Shown here one piece after another: positions 1-14,725 of a stretch of 64,000 nt of DNA. Under the pieces are notes generated by a model, which had not been told where the DNA came from, made no database searches, and saw only the letters and a list, made by a program, of their open reading frames with translations. The DNA is from Chrysomallon squamiferum (Eukaryota > Animalia > Mollusca). The position numbers and the translations under genes are program-made. The stretch spans positions 11,470,001 to 11,534,000 of the forward strand of contig CM022667.1 of assembly GCA_012295275.1 (NCBI GenBank). Direction: 5' to 3'. Each line of letters opens with the position of its first letter. The stretch's first letter is position 1.

Positions 1-177
1 TTTACTGATTTGTTTATTAGTTACCATAACAATACTATGTGCCTTGTGAATCAGTTAATTTAAATTATCCATTGCCTAGTAATTTAATAAACGTAACCAT
101 GAAATTCCTTAATTCATTCATTCATTCATTTTTTCGTTTGTTCTTTCATTATTTACTTAATTCGTCCAACATTGCAG

Positions 178-344
178 ATCTTGAAATCGTGAGAAACGAA
201 ATCATTCTTATTGTCACTGTCATTGGTAAAGATCGTTATCTCATGTGGTTCGGTGTGAAAATGTCTTTAAGTCAACCCAATTACAGTGACGTCGATGTCG
301 GCTGTTTATCAGATCCTGAAATACTTAGTAACTGTTCACGTTGA
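178..344 (+). CDS. Possible terminal coding exon of a gene that starts upstream of the window (product unknown)
   Basis: Acceptor-like ATTGCAG ends at 177, followed by an open, non-low-complexity frame (DLEIVRNEIILIVTVIGKDRYLMWFGVK...SNCSR*) with higher GC than the flanks. No family recognised. Confidence 0.3.
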
Positions 345-1654
345 CACTTTATAATCACCTTCACCTTCACCGTAACACCCATTTTAATATTCTTATTAAA
401 ATGCCCTTTTTCGACATTTTTGTTTATACTTTTTCATTTCTTCCTTTTTTATTTAATATCTATCTTATTTTGTCATGCATTTCTTATTGTCGTATTTCTT
501 GTTTTTAATGATATTGTTGCTGGTATCATTGTCGTTGTTATTACTGTTTTCTCATTGTTGTGTTGTCGCTGTTACTCTTGTCATTGTTATTATTGTCATC
601 ATCGTCGACGTCGTCGTTGTTGTTTGGGTGTTTGAAAGAATAACGTACTTCAATAATGAATTATTTAATAATTTTAGTAAAGCCTTTGATTTCTGCTATA
701 TCATCCAGGTGTTAAAATAATACAGAAAAGAAGAATTTACTACAAGTGATAAAACAATCTATTTTTAAGTTCTCTGTGCAATCTGAAGAACTATACCAAT
801 GACCGATTTCAATATAAACACAAACATAAAGACACACACATACACTTAGACATACCTTCAAACACAAAAGCATTAACAGAGAGATATACAGTTTTTACGA
901 TATTTGGCATCAGCGTAAGAACAACACTGCAACAAAGTTTAAACACAAACAGACATAAACATACGAACACATAAACACACATATATATACATGAACAAAC
1001 ACACCTACCTACACAAAAACATATTCACACATACACACACACAACGACAAATACACACACACACTCACACATACTCACATTATCAAAAATACATAGACAT
1101 ACACAAACACACATACACAAAACTCACACTGACGTATCCAATTTTCACGATATTTGTTCAAACTACACTGCAACAAAGTGCTTCACGGATCAAACTTCTC
1201 TGTTTATCAGTTTGCGATCTACAGCATTCAGTAAGTAATTCTTACAGACAAGAAACACAACAATTTACAACTGTTACTGGAAAAAAAACACAGAGTCCGC
1301 GGCATTTTTTTTAGCAAACTTTCTCTGTTTAATTACTCGCGGCAAGTGTAACAGCTTCTAAAACACTGTGTAGCCTTCTGCACGAATAATATTTATTTTA
1401 CTAATGCAAAATGCCAGCGTAGCCAAACTTGTAATAAACTCGAGTGTTTTTTCTATCAGTACCAGAATTGAGAAAGTAAACAGAATGAATTTGAAAACGT
1501 TTTTTCAGCTTCTTTTTTTAAAACTGCAGAAGATAAAAAAAAAAAAAAAAAAGATGTTTATGTATGTGTTTGTTGAAGAAACAATCTATTAAGCTGAACA
1601 GATGTTGTCGATATTACTGATTTAAAAGATGACTGTGTTTTCTGGTGGTGAGGC

Positions 1655-2270
1655 AATAATGTACTTGGTGAAACAGTAATGTACTTCGTGAAATAGTAAT
1701 GTACTTCGTGAACTAGTAATGTACTTCGTGAACTAGTAATGTGCTTTGTGAACTAGTAACGTGCTTTGTGAACTAGTAATGTAGTTTGTGAAATAGTAAT
1801 GTAGTTCGTGAAATAGTAACGACCTTCGTGAAATAGCAATGTACTTCGTGAAATAGTAATGTACTTTGTGAAATAGTAACGTACTTTGTGAAATAGCAAT
1901 GTATTTCGTGAATTAATAAGCTGATTCGTGAAAACAGTAAGGTAGTACTGTACATTGTGAAACACTGATGTAATTCGCAATTCAGTAAAGTACTTCACGA
2001 AATAATGTAATTCGCGAAACTTTGATATACTTCGTTTAATAGTATTCTGCTTCGTAAATTGGTAATGTAACTTGGTAATTACTGCGGCATTTCATGATAT
2101 AGTAATGTATTTCGTGAAATACTTACGTATTCATGAAATAGTAAATAGTATTGTATTTTGTGAAATAGTAACGTACTTTGTGAAATAGTAATGTACATTC
2201 TTAAAAAAGTAACATACTTCGTCAAGTAGTAATATACTTTGTATACTAATAATCTATTTCGTAGTATCTT
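1655..2270. repeat. 20-bp minisatellite (consensus GTGAAATAGTAATGTACTTC)
   Basis: Near-perfect 20-bp units at 1668-1910, increasingly degenerate to ~2270. Explains ORFs 1753-1998, 1773-1955 and 2079-2273. Confidence 0.9.
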
Positions 2271-3414
2271 CAAGTAAATTCGAAAGTTTTCCAGTTGGAC
2301 ATTTCCTAATTACAACACTATTATATGAATACGATACCGATTATTTAATCCATTCAATACAATATATTATTAATTTTGTTCGGCAGAAGACGATATTTAA
2401 TGAATACGACTATGATTATATAACTGGTTGAACAAGCTATATAATTATTATAAATATAGATCGACAGAATACCATATTAATTTTAAGTAATCTGTTGAAA
2501 ATTGATATATTATTAACAACGATCGATAGAATATACTATGTTTAATGAATATGACCACGTTTGAAAAAAAAAAATATATATATGGTAAAGATTGCAGTTG
2601 GCCTTTTATATTCATCCTGATATATATATATATATATTTTATCGAAGAATTTTAGTCCATTATCTTAATTCAACCGATCATATTTTCAAACGTGGTCATA
2701 TTCATTACCCACAGTATATTCTATCGATGAATATATCATATTATATATATCAAGATCAACATAGAAGGCCAACTGCAATCTTTACCATGTTGATCCTATG
2801 CACAGTTTCGCCCTATGCGTTATGACCTATCTCCGTCTTGAATTGTATTTTGTTTTAACATTTTCTTCCATTTTACAATCTGTATTCCTACGCATAACAG
2901 CGGTACTACAAGCAGCATGCTCTAAAGATAACGCCATCATTACTCCTGTAATCAGTATAGTTTACGCACTACTTCCCCAACATAAATGTCATTCACTATA
3001 GTTAGATTATACTGCTTCCCTTTTTTTTTTTCGCTGAGTATATCTGATCATATTGACCCTATTATCTATTGTCCACCTGCAACGAGTATTATTTGGCAAC
3101 AATCAACGTATACCTCCACAGGCGCCATAACAAAAAACTTAGCCTGAAACATGCGAGAGAAGTTTGTTTGGCTCAGTTGTAAACAGTTGTATTTTCTGCT
3201 TCTAATGAAGATCTCTGATAAATGGGAGAAAAGAGAGAGAGAAATAAACAGACTGCGTTACACCTGGATGACTTAATTCAAAAATGCACCTGGTTAAAGA
3301 AAGGGTTTGAAAGTTTAGAAGAATGTTTTAATATGTAACATAATAAGAGAGAAAGTGTGTAATGTTTACGTGTTTGTTGTATGAGGGTGTGTGTGTGTGT
3401 GTATGTGTGTGTGT

Positions 3415-3504
<90 letters not shown>

Positions 3505-3579
3505 AGAAGTGAGAAGGACGTATGTTTGTAAGATAAAAACAGAAAGTGTATGTGTTTGTTGTTATGTTCGTATGTGTAT

Positions 3580-3690
<111 letters not shown>

Positions 3691-6378
3691 GGTCAGAGAG
3701 ACTCATCGACAGAGTGAAAGAATGAGAAGCAGAAAGAGAGAAACAAAAACTCGTTACACATATATGTGCACAGACAGAATCTGGCGTGAGAAAAATTTGT
3801 TAGATCTGTATAAGTCTCGGTAAGTTAAAGAGACAGAGTGCATGTTTCTAATTTGTACGAACGAAACGAGATAACTGTATATCTGTGCTTGTGCGCAAGT
3901 TAAACACAGTAGTTAAATACACATTTGTAATTTGAACGAAACAAACAGTAAAACCCGCGCGTATTATTGTATCAGATCGAATGTACGTATATCAGTAAAA
4001 AACAGAGAGATATCTCTGCAAACGAAGATCAGATAATTTGTAAAAATAATAATCAGTGACGTGTGTACATTGATTTACGTCTTGTGAACGGTTTACCAAT
4101 CCTTCTGTTTGAACACAACCAAAACGTGTTGTTCTTTTTTATACAAATATATATATATATAAACACACATTCTGTGGTGCCTCCCAGCACCAAATGAGCA
4201 GTAATTGTCTATTTCGTCTTATAATTACTAAAAGTATACCATAAGACTGAGTGGCGCCGATGTTTTTCACATCACAGAGTTGTCACTTTTTTACAGTATC
4301 AAACGTTTAGGCGTTAGAACTGCCAGATGTTCCACCCCTGATGTGTAGAACGAGCACTGATCAGCGCTTAGTCTATGGCGGTGAGTTAGCAGCGCTCAGA
4401 TGTGTCAGTTATAGAGAAGTGAATAGATTCAATTCATTCATTTTCCTTATGTTTCAGGTTTATGTAGTACGATTAATACTGTTAACACTACGAATAATAG
4501 TACTGCCGCTACTAATACGGTTCTTACTATTACTACTGCTACTACACTACTACTATTACTAAAGCAACTACTACGACAACCACCACTACTACTACTACAG
4601 CAAACAATACCGTTTCCAGTACAACTACTACTAGTAGTAATAGAAATAGCAGTAGTAGTAGTAGTAGTAATAGTAGTAGTAGTAGTAGCAGTAGCAGTAC
4701 TAGTAGTAGTAGTAGTAGTAGTAGTAGCAAGCAGTAGTAGTACACATATCTACCACTATTGACTGTACAAATACTGCTACAGTCAATTACACTATTACTA
4801 TTGCTACTGCAAATATCAGAATTTCTACAGTTACAACTACTGCGACTTCTACAAAATATACAACTTATACTACCATTTCTGTCACTGCTTGCTACTGCTG
4901 CTATTCGTCCTGCTATTACAATATTATTACAGCCAATTATATTCAGTATAACATAAAATCAATGTATATGCAATGACGTTCAAAACGAGTGCAAAGATAC
5001 TCAGTCTTTTCGGTTCTTTACGCTTGTATACTCTATGTACCTTTATTAATGAATGATAATGGTTATTAACAAATTCAGAATAGCTTTAACATAAATGATT
5101 TGAAAATACAAAACTTCAGTATATATTAACAGACCTATGTGTTTAATTAGACAGATAAATAACTAATATCTCTATCTCTGTATATATATAGAATTTTAAT
5201 TTTATTTTTTAAAAAAATTTATTATTTTTATTATTTTTAATATATATATATATATAGATATAGATTTAAATTTATAAAAAGATAGATAGATTCTTTAGAT
5301 AGATAGATATATATATATATATATATAGATATAGATATAAATATAAAAGATAATAAAAGAAAAAAGAAAAAAAAAAAAGGAGGAAGTGATAGGTGAAAAA
5401 TCCCTATAGAGACTGAGATTTCAGAAAAAACGTGTTATAATGGGAGGAAACTCTGTACATGTTACTAGAAAGGTCGATAATTCTTTTTAGTACATCCATC
5501 ATTTTATAGAATACTTGATCTCTCGCTTCAACAGTAAATATTATCAATAATAAATTTCTCTATTTAAAGCTAATAAACTTTGATAATGCAAATACGTATG
5601 TATGGATCTATCTATATATGTATGTATATGTGTATATATGTATGTACGTATTAAGAAAATAAAGATAGGGTTAAACACAAGTTCCTTATTCCGCTACCAT
5701 AATCGCCCCCAATGTTTATTGACCGACCTTTGACCCTTTGACATTACAATAAGGTCACCTCATAACCACATGCTCCATAACATGTTAATAAATTTTTAAT
5801 AATAAAAATCTGTTTGTGTTACGTTAAATATAACTTTACTTGTACATCCCCCGTTGAACATACTACTACATACAATACAGTTGTAATACTTATTCAGAAG
5901 ATAACAACACTTACAGCCAGTACAAACAGTAACAAGTCTCTCTATGTCTCCAAGGTAATCTTTAATCTACAGCGTACTTTATTAAAAATATTTCAGTGTC
6001 ACTGGCTTCCCGCTTCTAATCTGTTTCAGATTATTTCATAAAGACATGATGACTCTTAACAACTCTAGATAACCTTTGCGTGTATATACATATCACTGTG
6101 TATGTATATATATCTATATCTATATCTATATCACACACACATATAATACATATATACATAATTCATCCATATATACACATATACATAAATGCATACCTAC
6201 ATACATATAATACATACATACAACAGATACGTCTATACATACGTACAATACATACATATATACATAAACATGCATAAAAACATACACATACATGAATTCT
6301 TCGTCTGTAATCTGTTTGTTTATATGTATGTATGTGTGAATGTGTATGTGTGTGATTATGTGTGTGATTATGTGTGTA

Positions 6379-6432
<54 letters not shown>

Positions 6433-6823
6433 CACACACACACATTCCTATATGTACCTGTTTGAAGTTAAATATTTTTCATTTTTAAACATTAACATAC
6501 CAGTACAAAGTTTACTATGTTCACATCACAGTGTACCTAACAGCATTACAACAAATCATAACATATCAGTTACCACATTCCTGTTAGTCACATTACACCA
6601 AAACACAGAGTACACATTCACACGGTACCAGTATTCTTCAAATCACATAGCACGTTTTTACTAGACTACTCCATAACCCTAGTCACCGCAATGCATCATG
6701 GTTGTTTCGTAATCAGAGGCTGGAGATTATATAATAACTGCGAAATAAAATAAATATTTACCTGAATGGGATTTTGTAATCTACAATGAGTTTAAAGCCA
6801 CCAGAAAGAACAATGTAGTTTAC

Positions 6824-6856
<33 letters not shown>

Positions 6857-6896
6857 AAATAATAATAATAATAATAGTAATAATAATAATAATAAC

Positions 6897-6927
<31 letters not shown>

Positions 6928-7551
6928 CGTCAACAAAAGTTAATAAAAGAGAAACAGAAACAATGAAAACAAAAACACTGACGTTGATGATGATGATGAT
7001 GATGATAAGTTAATTAAAATAATGGTTACTAATTGTATAATTATTACAAGCACACACAAAAAAATTATTATGGTTTTAATAACAACAGCAGCAGCAACAG
7101 CAAAAACAACAATAAATAAAAAAAAGTGACGAAAATAACGACGACAACCACCATGGGAACAGAAAATTCGCATCTTCATTCACGATGTCGTAACACTCTT
7201 AAGCCAAGGGTTTCCTTCGCTCGCTCGCTCGCAGATTTCCCATGCTGACGAAATAGTTCTATGTTTTCTTTCAAGCAAGAGTTTCAAAGAGAAAGCAATA
7301 CTGCACTTAAAAGTCGGAAACAGACTCTTGGTCAATCTCAGTGTACACTAGTGGAGGTCCAGGGCTTGGGAAGTGGTCAGTTTGATAGATTATTTCATCA
7401 AACACTGACCTCTCGTCTGATACGGCAGTTGTGAAAAACTTGTTAAAACGTTAAGTGTAAATTAATTCGAACGGAGATAGAATTACGTATATACCCTTCA
7501 CGTTAGGTTATTCTTACTGAATTACAGAGGAGAAAAATGGGATAAGATTAG

Positions 7552-7650
<99 letters not shown>

Positions 7651-7808
7651 CTTTGAGGTTTAGGACTTGTTTTTAAGCATTGGTCGTTGCTTTTTTAAAT
7701 GTGTGATTTTCGTTATATCCGTTGGATTTGTGTGGGCACCTGTATATTTGTATGTTTGTAGGTCAGTTGTGTGTACGGCTGTTGCGTTTTTCCCTTCTGT
7801 TAAATTTA

Positions 7809-7907
<99 letters not shown>

Positions 7908-8253
7908 AATGTATTAATATGCATTGTACAATATTTTTCGCATAATTATTCATATCATAATCATAATGTTACACTAACAATAATGTTTATTTTTATTCCA
8001 CTCATCTAAGACGATATTTCAACCCTTTGTCGCGTCTCTTTCAGTTACAAACAATTACAAAGATAAAACTTTTATCTGACGAACAACAAACGGGTTATCC
8101 AAACAGAGAATGTCAACAGTGATATAGTTATCAATCGAAAGACCAAAGATCAAAACTGTTGGAGTGAGACGCCAAGATATTTCGTTTCGTATTTTCCTTT
8201 GCTTTAGTTCCTACTTTTGTTTTTAAAAAGAACATGTGACAAGAATTCTTTTT

Positions 8254-8958
8254 ATGAAAATGTCGCTGTCTGTTTGGTGTATGGTTAAATGGATTTTAGT
8301 CATTAGTTTTGTTTTAGGTGCATTCGGGAAATATCCGAATAAAGGTGAGTAGATTGTGTTGACTCGTTTAAGTTTTTGAAATAAAACAAGAAAAATAATG
8401 GTGATACATAAAGATGATGAGAATGATGATCATGATGATAGAGAAAAAAAAATGAAAAAAACAACGAAGAGGAAGTAATAACTATATTATAAAATCATCT
8501 ATGACAATAAATATCATTTAATTAATAAAAAAAAAAAATGATGAAGAAGAAATGTGATAATTAATCCATTAACGAAACAAAAACAAAATAAAAGGTCCCA
8601 TGGTTAGTCAACCAGTAAAGAAAGAAAAAAAAGAAATGTGAATATAATTATTCTATGCTAATATAATCTCAAGTAATGTATAATAAATTCTGAGAAAAAA
8701 ATACTTTCTTTTTCACTGTCCAGTAATATAACATAGTTCTCAACACTTCTATGTGTCACTCTCGAAAATGGATTCTGTATATTAAGAGGGTCTACAACCT
8801 ACAAAATTTAATTTAATTTTATTTTATTTCTTTTTTCCTTATTCTTTATTTTTTTTTTTCTAAGAAAGATCATTTAAACAGTTTATTGATAATTAGGTAA
8901 AAGCATAAAATTCGATCGCATTTTTCCTTCTTTAAAAAAGAAATAAAATAAATAAATA

Positions 8959-9010
<52 letters not shown>

Positions 9011-9782
9011 TTTAAAAATCATTAAAAAAAAAATTAAAAATTAAAGAAAGAAAGGACAGAAATATAGGAACAAACAAACATACGGAAAAGAGGCACAGCG
9101 ATATATATTCAGATAAAAAGACAGACAGAGATAGACAAACAGATATACCAACAGATAGCTCGAAACGACTTATCTTAATTCAATGAAGTCAACAATCACT
9201 ATGATCGTGTCTCGGGCGCTAGGTATTGACGTAAGGATGTATAATTATAGCTTCTCTAAACGAGTATGTTAAAGATGTGTTTTTCAACTTTCATTACGTT
9301 TTGTGTTTTTACGTCAGTGTAATATTAACTTTTTATATTACTGTAAGTACAGTTTATTCACACACAAACACACACATACAATATATATATATATATATAT
9401 ATAATAAACAGTCGATTTTTGATTACGAGCCAGCTTCAGATACGCCGCCTCTAGTTGGCGCAACGAACAACACAACATCCGCAAAGCATCCCGCGTTTCA
9501 TTCGTTTACTTCAAGTGGTTACCTCGCCATGGGTCCTAGACATATTCGTTTAGGCCAAGTTGTCTGATGTCCAAGATAAATATACTTTACAAAACCAAAT
9601 TATTTTAATACATTCTCTTTTATTTTGTACAATATTATACATTTTTAAATACAGACTTATTTAAAAAACGTTTTAAAAAAATACATTTCAACTAATTTCA
9701 GTTGGAAAAACTGATTTGATATACGAGTAAATTGAGTTACGAGCTCGGCCACGGTACGAATTAAGCTCGTAAGTCGAGGTTC

Positions 9783-9828
<46 letters not shown>

Positions 9829-10646
9829 GTTCATATATTTGTGTTCTGTCTTCCATTACTTCTGATTAATTTCCTTTTTATATTTTTCAAATTTTATTCT
9901 TCATATTTCGTTTCTAAATCAATTCTTATAAAAAGAAAAAGGACTTTGACCTTATTTTGCCGTGTTTATTTTTTAAATACATTCTCTACGTCAGTTGATG
10001 GTTTGAATTTGGCTCTATAAACTTGACATTTACGTCTTTAATTCCTTTATGTTAACCCACCAAAAACAGTTATTTGAAAAATCTTCTACATTTACATAGT
10101 TATAAGAAAATACATTAAAAAAAAAGAAATTTAAAAAAAAAAAAAAAAAAAAAATGAAATATGGTGAGAAACTTGTGATAATATAAAATTTATAATTCTA
10201 TCTAACAGATGTGAATCAAAAGGTATAGGCGTATATCTTCTATTTTTTCTTTTCATATATTGTGATATTGTAAACTGTAAAATAATAATAACAACAATAA
10301 TAACAATAACAACAGCTGCAGCAGCAATAACAATGGTATTATATACGTATGTATGTATGTATGTATGTAGTTTAGGATTTTAAATATTCTCTGTCGTATG
10401 TACGTCTGGTTAGAATCTACACATAGACAATATTCGCGACCTAACAAACCCCGTCAGATGCCGCTGACGAGAATCGAACGTATGGCACCCATTCGCCCGC
10501 ACTCCGAAGGCGAATTATGTTACCTTTCGGCCACCGAAACAATCCTGTTTACGTGTGTATAATAATGTGTGTGAATGTGTGTATGTGTGTATGAATATGT
10601 GTCTATATGTCTGTGTGTCTATATATCTTTTTCTAAATCTCTGACA

Positions 10647-10698
<52 letters not shown>

Positions 10699-11086
10699 AT
10701 TATTATGGTTGTTGTTGTTGTTGTTGTTATTATTATTATTACAGTTTACATCAGTGACGAGTGTTCAAAAGAAGTCCTTTTCAACGATTCCGTTATCTTT
10801 GGTTTGCACAAAGAAAAACAGAAGTTGTCAACGCCATACCAGTGTGACGTCGTCGTTATGGCAGAACAACGACAGCGACTTATCGTCCACCTGACATCGC
10901 TGAACCTGACGGCAAGTCAACGATGCTACAAAAGCAAATTAACTGTCAGAAATACAGACGGAAACATGATGACGGGTAAGTAGAAACTAAAGATGTTTTT
11001 GCATGTATCTATGTCTGTCTGTTTTTGTGTGCATGTTAGGTATTGTGAGTGAATCTATATACGTATGTGTGCATGGATGGATGGAC

Positions 11087-11128
<42 letters not shown>

Positions 11129-11416
11129 AAGGATATGAGTGTATTGTTGTATATATGTTCCTATATGTTATGTATGTACGTACGGCTGCGTGTGTGTGTG
11201 TGTCTGTATGTCTGTGACTGTACATTTAAATATACGTGTAAATAGACATGTATGCTTGTGTATTTTCAGGCAATGACGGTATTTGCGGAACGTCGGCGAC
11301 TTCGTCGGCATACTTCACGTCAGGCCCGTATGTGTGGATTCATTTTGAAGTCAACAGCAGTAAACCTAACTCCCAGAACTTTGAGATTATCATAACTGCA
11401 TTTAAAGGTGAGCTTA

Positions 11417-11504
<88 letters not shown>

Positions 11505-11593
11505 GTTTGTGTGGTTGTGTGTGTATATATATATATATATATAATTTTATTATCATCATGTTACTATATCGTCATTATCATTATTGTCATCAC

Positions 11594-11663
<70 letters not shown>

Positions 11664-11914
11664 TAGATAACTGCTCTGACACAAAAGGATTTTTCAAATG
11701 TTCAAGCGGAAGATGTATAGCAGGCAAGCTTAAATGTGACGGCCGTGATAACTGTGGGGATAACTCTGACGAAAAAGACTGTAAAGGGTTATCTGCTCTT
11801 GATATCGTTTGGATAGGTGTGGCGGTCGGTATTTGTGTCCTGGTTGCTGTTTGTGTGACTGTGCGCTTCCTGGTTTTACGCTGGAGAAACAAACAAAAAT
11901 ATGAAGACATATAA
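8254..11914 (+). CDS. CUB-like + LDL-receptor class A domain single-pass membrane protein (~235 aa, 4 exons)
   Basis: Exons 8254-8344 (signal peptide [25 protein letters not shown]), 10745-10975 and 11270-11407 (CUB-like: C...QCDVVV...[11 protein letters not shown]...C...ICG...YVWIHF...FEIIITAF), and 11667-11914 (LDLa [52 protein letters not shown], tail ending YEDI*). All introns are GT-AG and phase 1; the 708-nt total stays in frame. Confidence 0.88.
9409..9787 (+). mobile_element. Non-autonomous Tigger/pogo-family derivative (MITE-like) in intron 1 of the CUB-LDLa gene
   Basis: Shares blocks with the element at 35316-36015 (GCTTCAGATAyGCC..CTAGTTGGCGCAACGAACAACA; TCCAAGATAAATAyACTTTACAAAACCAA; right end CTCGTAAGTCGAGGTTCCAGTG versus CTCGTAAGTCAAGGTACCACTG). 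Lacks the transposase segment; left TIR is eroded. Confidence 0.8.
10380..10540 (-). mobile_element. tRNA-derived SINE-like element
   Basis: The minus strand has an A-box-like GGTGGCCGAAAGGT (10535-10522) and B-box GTTCGATTC (10479-10471) in a GC-rich island inside an intron. No complete cloverleaf found; the 3' boundary is approximate. Confidence 0.55.
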
Positions 11915-12399
11915 GACGAGTGAAAAGGACTGTAAAATGTACACACCGTTGAGTGAGTTTGATTTTGAATGATTTCAAAGAGAGTGAAATGTTGATAGCT
12001 ATCGTCATTGCTTAAACTGTTTGAGTTTAGTTATATTCCAGTTGCCATAAATATACCATAATACTCCAATAAAATAATAACGTATATGTGTATGTACATT
12101 AATAACTTTCATAAAAAAAAATAAAAAATAAATAAATAAATAAACATCGCAATTATTCAATACAATATGTCATTTGTTAGTAATCTTAATTTAAAAAGTT
12201 TAATTACAAATTTTTAATTAAATTGAATCATTTTCTTGGAGTATAGTTCTTACCAATAGCTTTTATAAATTTAAACTAAAAAAATAAATAATAATAAAAT
12301 CATTTTAAAAAACAACAACAAACAAACCATTACTTTTCAACATTATATTTTGCCAACAATATTCCTATAAACCGTTTAAATAAACTTCGCCTTTCGAAT

Positions 12400-13318
12400 A
12401 ATAATCGACAGTACCCGCCTTTAAGTCGTTAATTAAATTCTATCACTTTTTGCCAAAAGCTAAAAATCATCTTAGGCTTCAACGCGACATTTTGACATCA
12501 ACGCCCCTGTAAATTATTCAATTCAGTCTTGTCAATTTTCAGCACAATACCTCACTTGTTAGGGCCGCCGCTTTTAAATCGTTAATTACAGCTCATCGAT
12601 TTTTCTTATTAACAGCACAATATCTTAAATTATTTAGTCATACCTAATCTCTTGTCAGTATAAAATGTTTGCTCGCTAACGAATGACAGCGTCCCGTTAA
12701 ATCGTTAATTAAATGTCGTCTTCAGCGTTTATTATTTTTCAAAACTGTCTCAGTATTTCCAATAACCGGCAGTGCTGCTTTAAGTCGTTAACTAAACCTC
12801 CTGGTTTTCGTCACAGTGTTTGGCTTATCAAAAGCCAAAGAATAACATTTCAGCCACCATCGTTAATTAAACTTATTATTATTTTTTTTTTTTTTTTTTT
12901 TACACACCGTGTTTTGTTTGCCTATAGCCAAAAAGTATATTTATATATATTTTCAAGATATTTTAGCAGCAGTGCCGCTGTAAATCTATTTAAATAAAAC
13001 TTATCATTTTTCAACACCATATATCACGTGTCAGTAACCGACAGTGCCCCTTTAATCATTAATTAAGCCTTAGGACTTTTTGACATATTATTCTGCATAA
13101 AAAAAAAAAAAAAAAAAATTTTTTTATTTGTCAGCAATATCTTATCGACAGTTGTCCTTTAAATATAGTTAATTAAAACTCATCTTTTTTTTTTTTTTTT
13201 TTTTTTTTTTTTCCCCCAGTATTTGGCTTACCAACAGACAAATTTTTAATAATAATGAATAAATAAATAAATAAATAAATAATAATAATAAGAATAATAA
13301 TAAGAATAATAATAAATA

Positions 13319-13349
<31 letters not shown>

Positions 13350-13730
13350 ACAAAATCTTATCTTGTTAATTAAACCTTGGAACTTACTGACAACAAAAAA
13401 AAAAAAAAAAAATGAAAAAGAAAACAAAAAAAGAAAAACGAATTTGAACGATATGTTATCAACAGTACCTTTTTAAATCATCTGATTAAACCATATCACT
13501 TTTCAAAACGCTACATCTATCTTTCCTGTAATGAACAGTGCAGCTTTAAATGGCTAATTAAACCTCAACGCCTTTCAACCACCACCACATCTCACTTCTC
13601 AGTATCCAACCATTAGTGTGCCCTTTAAATAATTCAATTAAAAACCTCTTCATTTCTCAACACCACAATCTCGCTTGCCATTAAAGTAACAGTGGCCCTT
13701 TAAATCGTTAATTACACTACGTCACTTTTG
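12400..13730. repeat. Degenerate tandem array, ~13 copies of core ACAGTGCCNCTTTAAATCGTTAATTAAAC separated by diverged spacers
   Basis: Core variants near 12408, 12565, 12686, 12769, 12855, 12969, 13040, 13147, 13365, 13461, 13535, 13613 and 13689; period ~70-80 bp where uninterrupted. Confidence 0.75.
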
Positions 13731-14689
13731 ACACGATATTCTGCTGACTGTTTGCACCTCGTCAAGAGCGGCCGAAGGGAGAGGCTAGGAAATTACGTGA
13801 CGTCGTTCTCGTATTACTGACACAAAGTGTCACACTTAGAAAACCTGTCACTCTATTACATCTGTGTTATTTTTTTTACCGTTCTGCACAAGCATCGCTT
13901 CCTGGGTGAAATGAACACACACCAGTCTGTGACGAAAACAGAACTAAGTACAAGATGTCTGCACTAGAACAAACCGAAAGTTAAAGGTGCTGACTGACGG
14001 CGCGACTTTTTGCTTCGTATCTGTCTGTGTCAGGCGATTTGCTCGTTAGTGAGTTTTTGCTGACAGAATTTGGTTCTAATAACTTCCCCTTCGCTGCAGC
14101 TTTTAGTGCGAGTTTGTGTGTGTTAGTTGAATAAGCGATGAATGAAACTGCATTTTGTAGATCGTTATGAAAAGTTAAGTCATGATAATGCGCCTTTACA
14201 TGTAAAGTTTGACGTCCCATCCAGACTTTTCAAGTTTTTTTGTTGTTTTTTTAAATTATATCCCGTTCCAACCATTTAATGTGAAAGTCGCATCCGTAAA
14301 TGCTCAGTTGTTATTATTCTTAATATCCAGTTCCGACCATATTTTCTACTGATATGAGAATATGGTACTGACATATTTAACTTAGTGCTTTGTCTACTTT
14401 TTGTTGTTGTTGTTGTTGTTGTTTGTTTGTTTGTTTGTTTGGGGAGGGTTTGTTGTTGTTGTTTTCTATGCATTTTTTTTTTCTTTTCTTCCTCCGTTTT
14501 CTTCTTTCATATTCTTCTGCACATTCTATTTCAACGTGTTACTTCTTCTTCTTTCTATTTCTTTTTCTTTATCTTTTTCTTGTTTTTCTCTGTTTTTACT
14601 TTTTCTTCTCTTTCATCTCTTTTTTCCACTTTTCTTCTTATTTTATTTACTCTGCTTTTTTCTTTTTCTCTGCATTTTAAATCTTTCGT

Positions 14690-14725
<36 letters not shown>

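Noticed and set aside
4170-4430. GC-richer island with a small AGCGCT...AGCGCT hairpin, possibly a repeat element or ncRNA
   Set aside because: No TIR pair, TSD, second copy or recognisable RNA motif within the window.
10460-10540. Functional tRNA gene
   Set aside because: A and B boxes are present but no consistent acceptor or anticodon stems could be built; treated as a SINE head.
12400-13730. CRISPR array interpretation
   Set aside because: Eukaryotic context, repeats too degenerate, spacers mutually related and irregular in length, no cas genes.
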